Source: a virus
Direction: 5' to 3' (one strand)
Length of the DNA stretch: 5,222 bases
Virus genome (UHGV): UHGV-0390915
Shown: positions 4,831 through 5,222 of the stretch, piece by piece
How positions within the stretch are numbered: position 1 is the first letter of the stretch
Layout: each line of letters opens with the position of its first letter
Position numbers and translations under genes: made by a program
Notes under the pieces: generated by a model
Told to the model about the DNA's origin: nothing
Seen by the model: only the letters and a program-made list of their open reading frames with translations
Databases searched by the model: none

Positions 4831-5222
4831 TCATTTAATAGTAGCAGCTGCAACACCTAACTTAATAGGAGTAGAAGACGCATTCCAAAAGGCATTCCAA
4901 CCAGCATACCAAGCAGCAGCGTCGGCACGCTCAAAATCAGCTTCGCCCGTTTTCTTCCACAACTCAAACTGCTGATTATGAAAATCTGCTATAGTCTTAA
5001 GCTGATAACCAGCAGGACGAGGTAAACCAGCCTTATCAAAAGCAGCACCTAAATCACCTTCTCCAATATACTGAGGTAAAGAAAGGAAATGATTAAGCGA
5101 TTCATTACCATACGAAAAAGCCAAAGACAAAGCCTCATATTTAGCCTTATCTTGAAGATACGGCTGAATAGATTCAGACAACTGAGCAGACAATTCATTA
5201 ACACGAATCTGAGACGAATGAA
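4831..5222 (-). CDS. VP2: 3' (C-terminal) part of a CDS that enters the window at 5222. Most likely the C-terminal portion of VP2, joined around the circle to the part at 1..640.
   Basis: The apparent M at 5193 in the ORF track is actually TTG. The reading frame stays open up to the window edge, reading ...HSSQIRVNELSAQLSESIQPYLQDKAKYEALSLA... Two leftover nucleotides at 5221-5222 plus the one leftover nucleotide at position 1 of the VP2 N-terminal part make exactly one codon (CTT). The two pieces are therefore in frame if the molecule is a 5222-nt circle. The amino-acid composition continues smoothly across the junction (S/Q/N/I/A/L-rich). Confidence 0.55.
   Translation of the reverse strand, partial: HSSQIRVNELSAQLSESIQPYLQDKAKYEALSLAFSYGNESLNHFLSLPQYIGEGDLGAAFDKAGLPRPAGYQLKTIADFHNQQFELWKKTGEADFERADAAAWYAGWNAFWNASSTPIKLGVAAATIK

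Noticed and set aside
4831-5193. ORF-track start 'M' at 5193, taken as the start of an independent 120-aa gene
   Set aside because: The codon is TTG and the frame stays open to the window edge (5222). It is a continuation of a longer CDS, probably VP2 around the circle, and not a gene start.
1-5222. tRNA, rRNA, CRISPR array, IS element or integrase
   Set aside because: I saw no cloverleaf-like or arrayed direct-repeat structures. The coding content is fully accounted for by a microvirus gene set.

Overview
The window looks like a complete, or nearly complete, genome of a small circular ssDNA phage of the family Microviridae, subfamily Gokushovirinae, shown as the reverse complement of the viral strand. 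All credible genes lie on the minus strand, and the packaged strand would be T-rich, which fits Microviridae. Gene order in the transcription direction (high to low coordinate) is as follows.

- VP2 pilot / minor capsid protein: the C-terminal part enters at 5222 and ends at 4831. The N-terminal part starts at 640 and runs off at position 1. The two parts are in frame if the molecule is a 5222-nt circle.
- Small single-transmembrane ORF (4656..4793, or 4856 with a GTG start).
- Acidic 100-aa ORF, tentatively the internal scaffolding protein VP3 (4373..4675).
- A 301-nt structured intergenic region with three stem-loops and a GC-rich island (4072..4372).
- VP4 rolling-circle replication initiator, with all three HUH-superfamily motifs and a Cys-rich N-terminus (3133..4071).
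- Small basic protein with a C-terminal transmembrane tail, starting 2 nt after the VP4 stop (3003..3131, or 3200).
- A 132-aa accessory protein 6 nt further downstream (2598..2996).
- VP1 major capsid protein, 648 aa (648..2594).
- VP2 again (1..640).

No Shine-Dalgarno sequences are visible and the gene junctions are very tight.

The parts most worth a second look are the non-core genes. The first is a putative lysis-like cassette between VP4 and VP1, made of a small membrane protein followed by a 132-aa protein with motifs reminiscent of a lysozyme-like fold. The second is another small transmembrane protein between VP2 and VP3. Also notable are the hairpin-rich intergenic region, which is a candidate origin or packaging element, and an 11/22-residue tandem repeat inside VP2. 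I found no tRNA, rRNA, CRISPR array or insertion sequence.

Every functional call below was made by eye from motifs and from memory. None has been checked by a database search.
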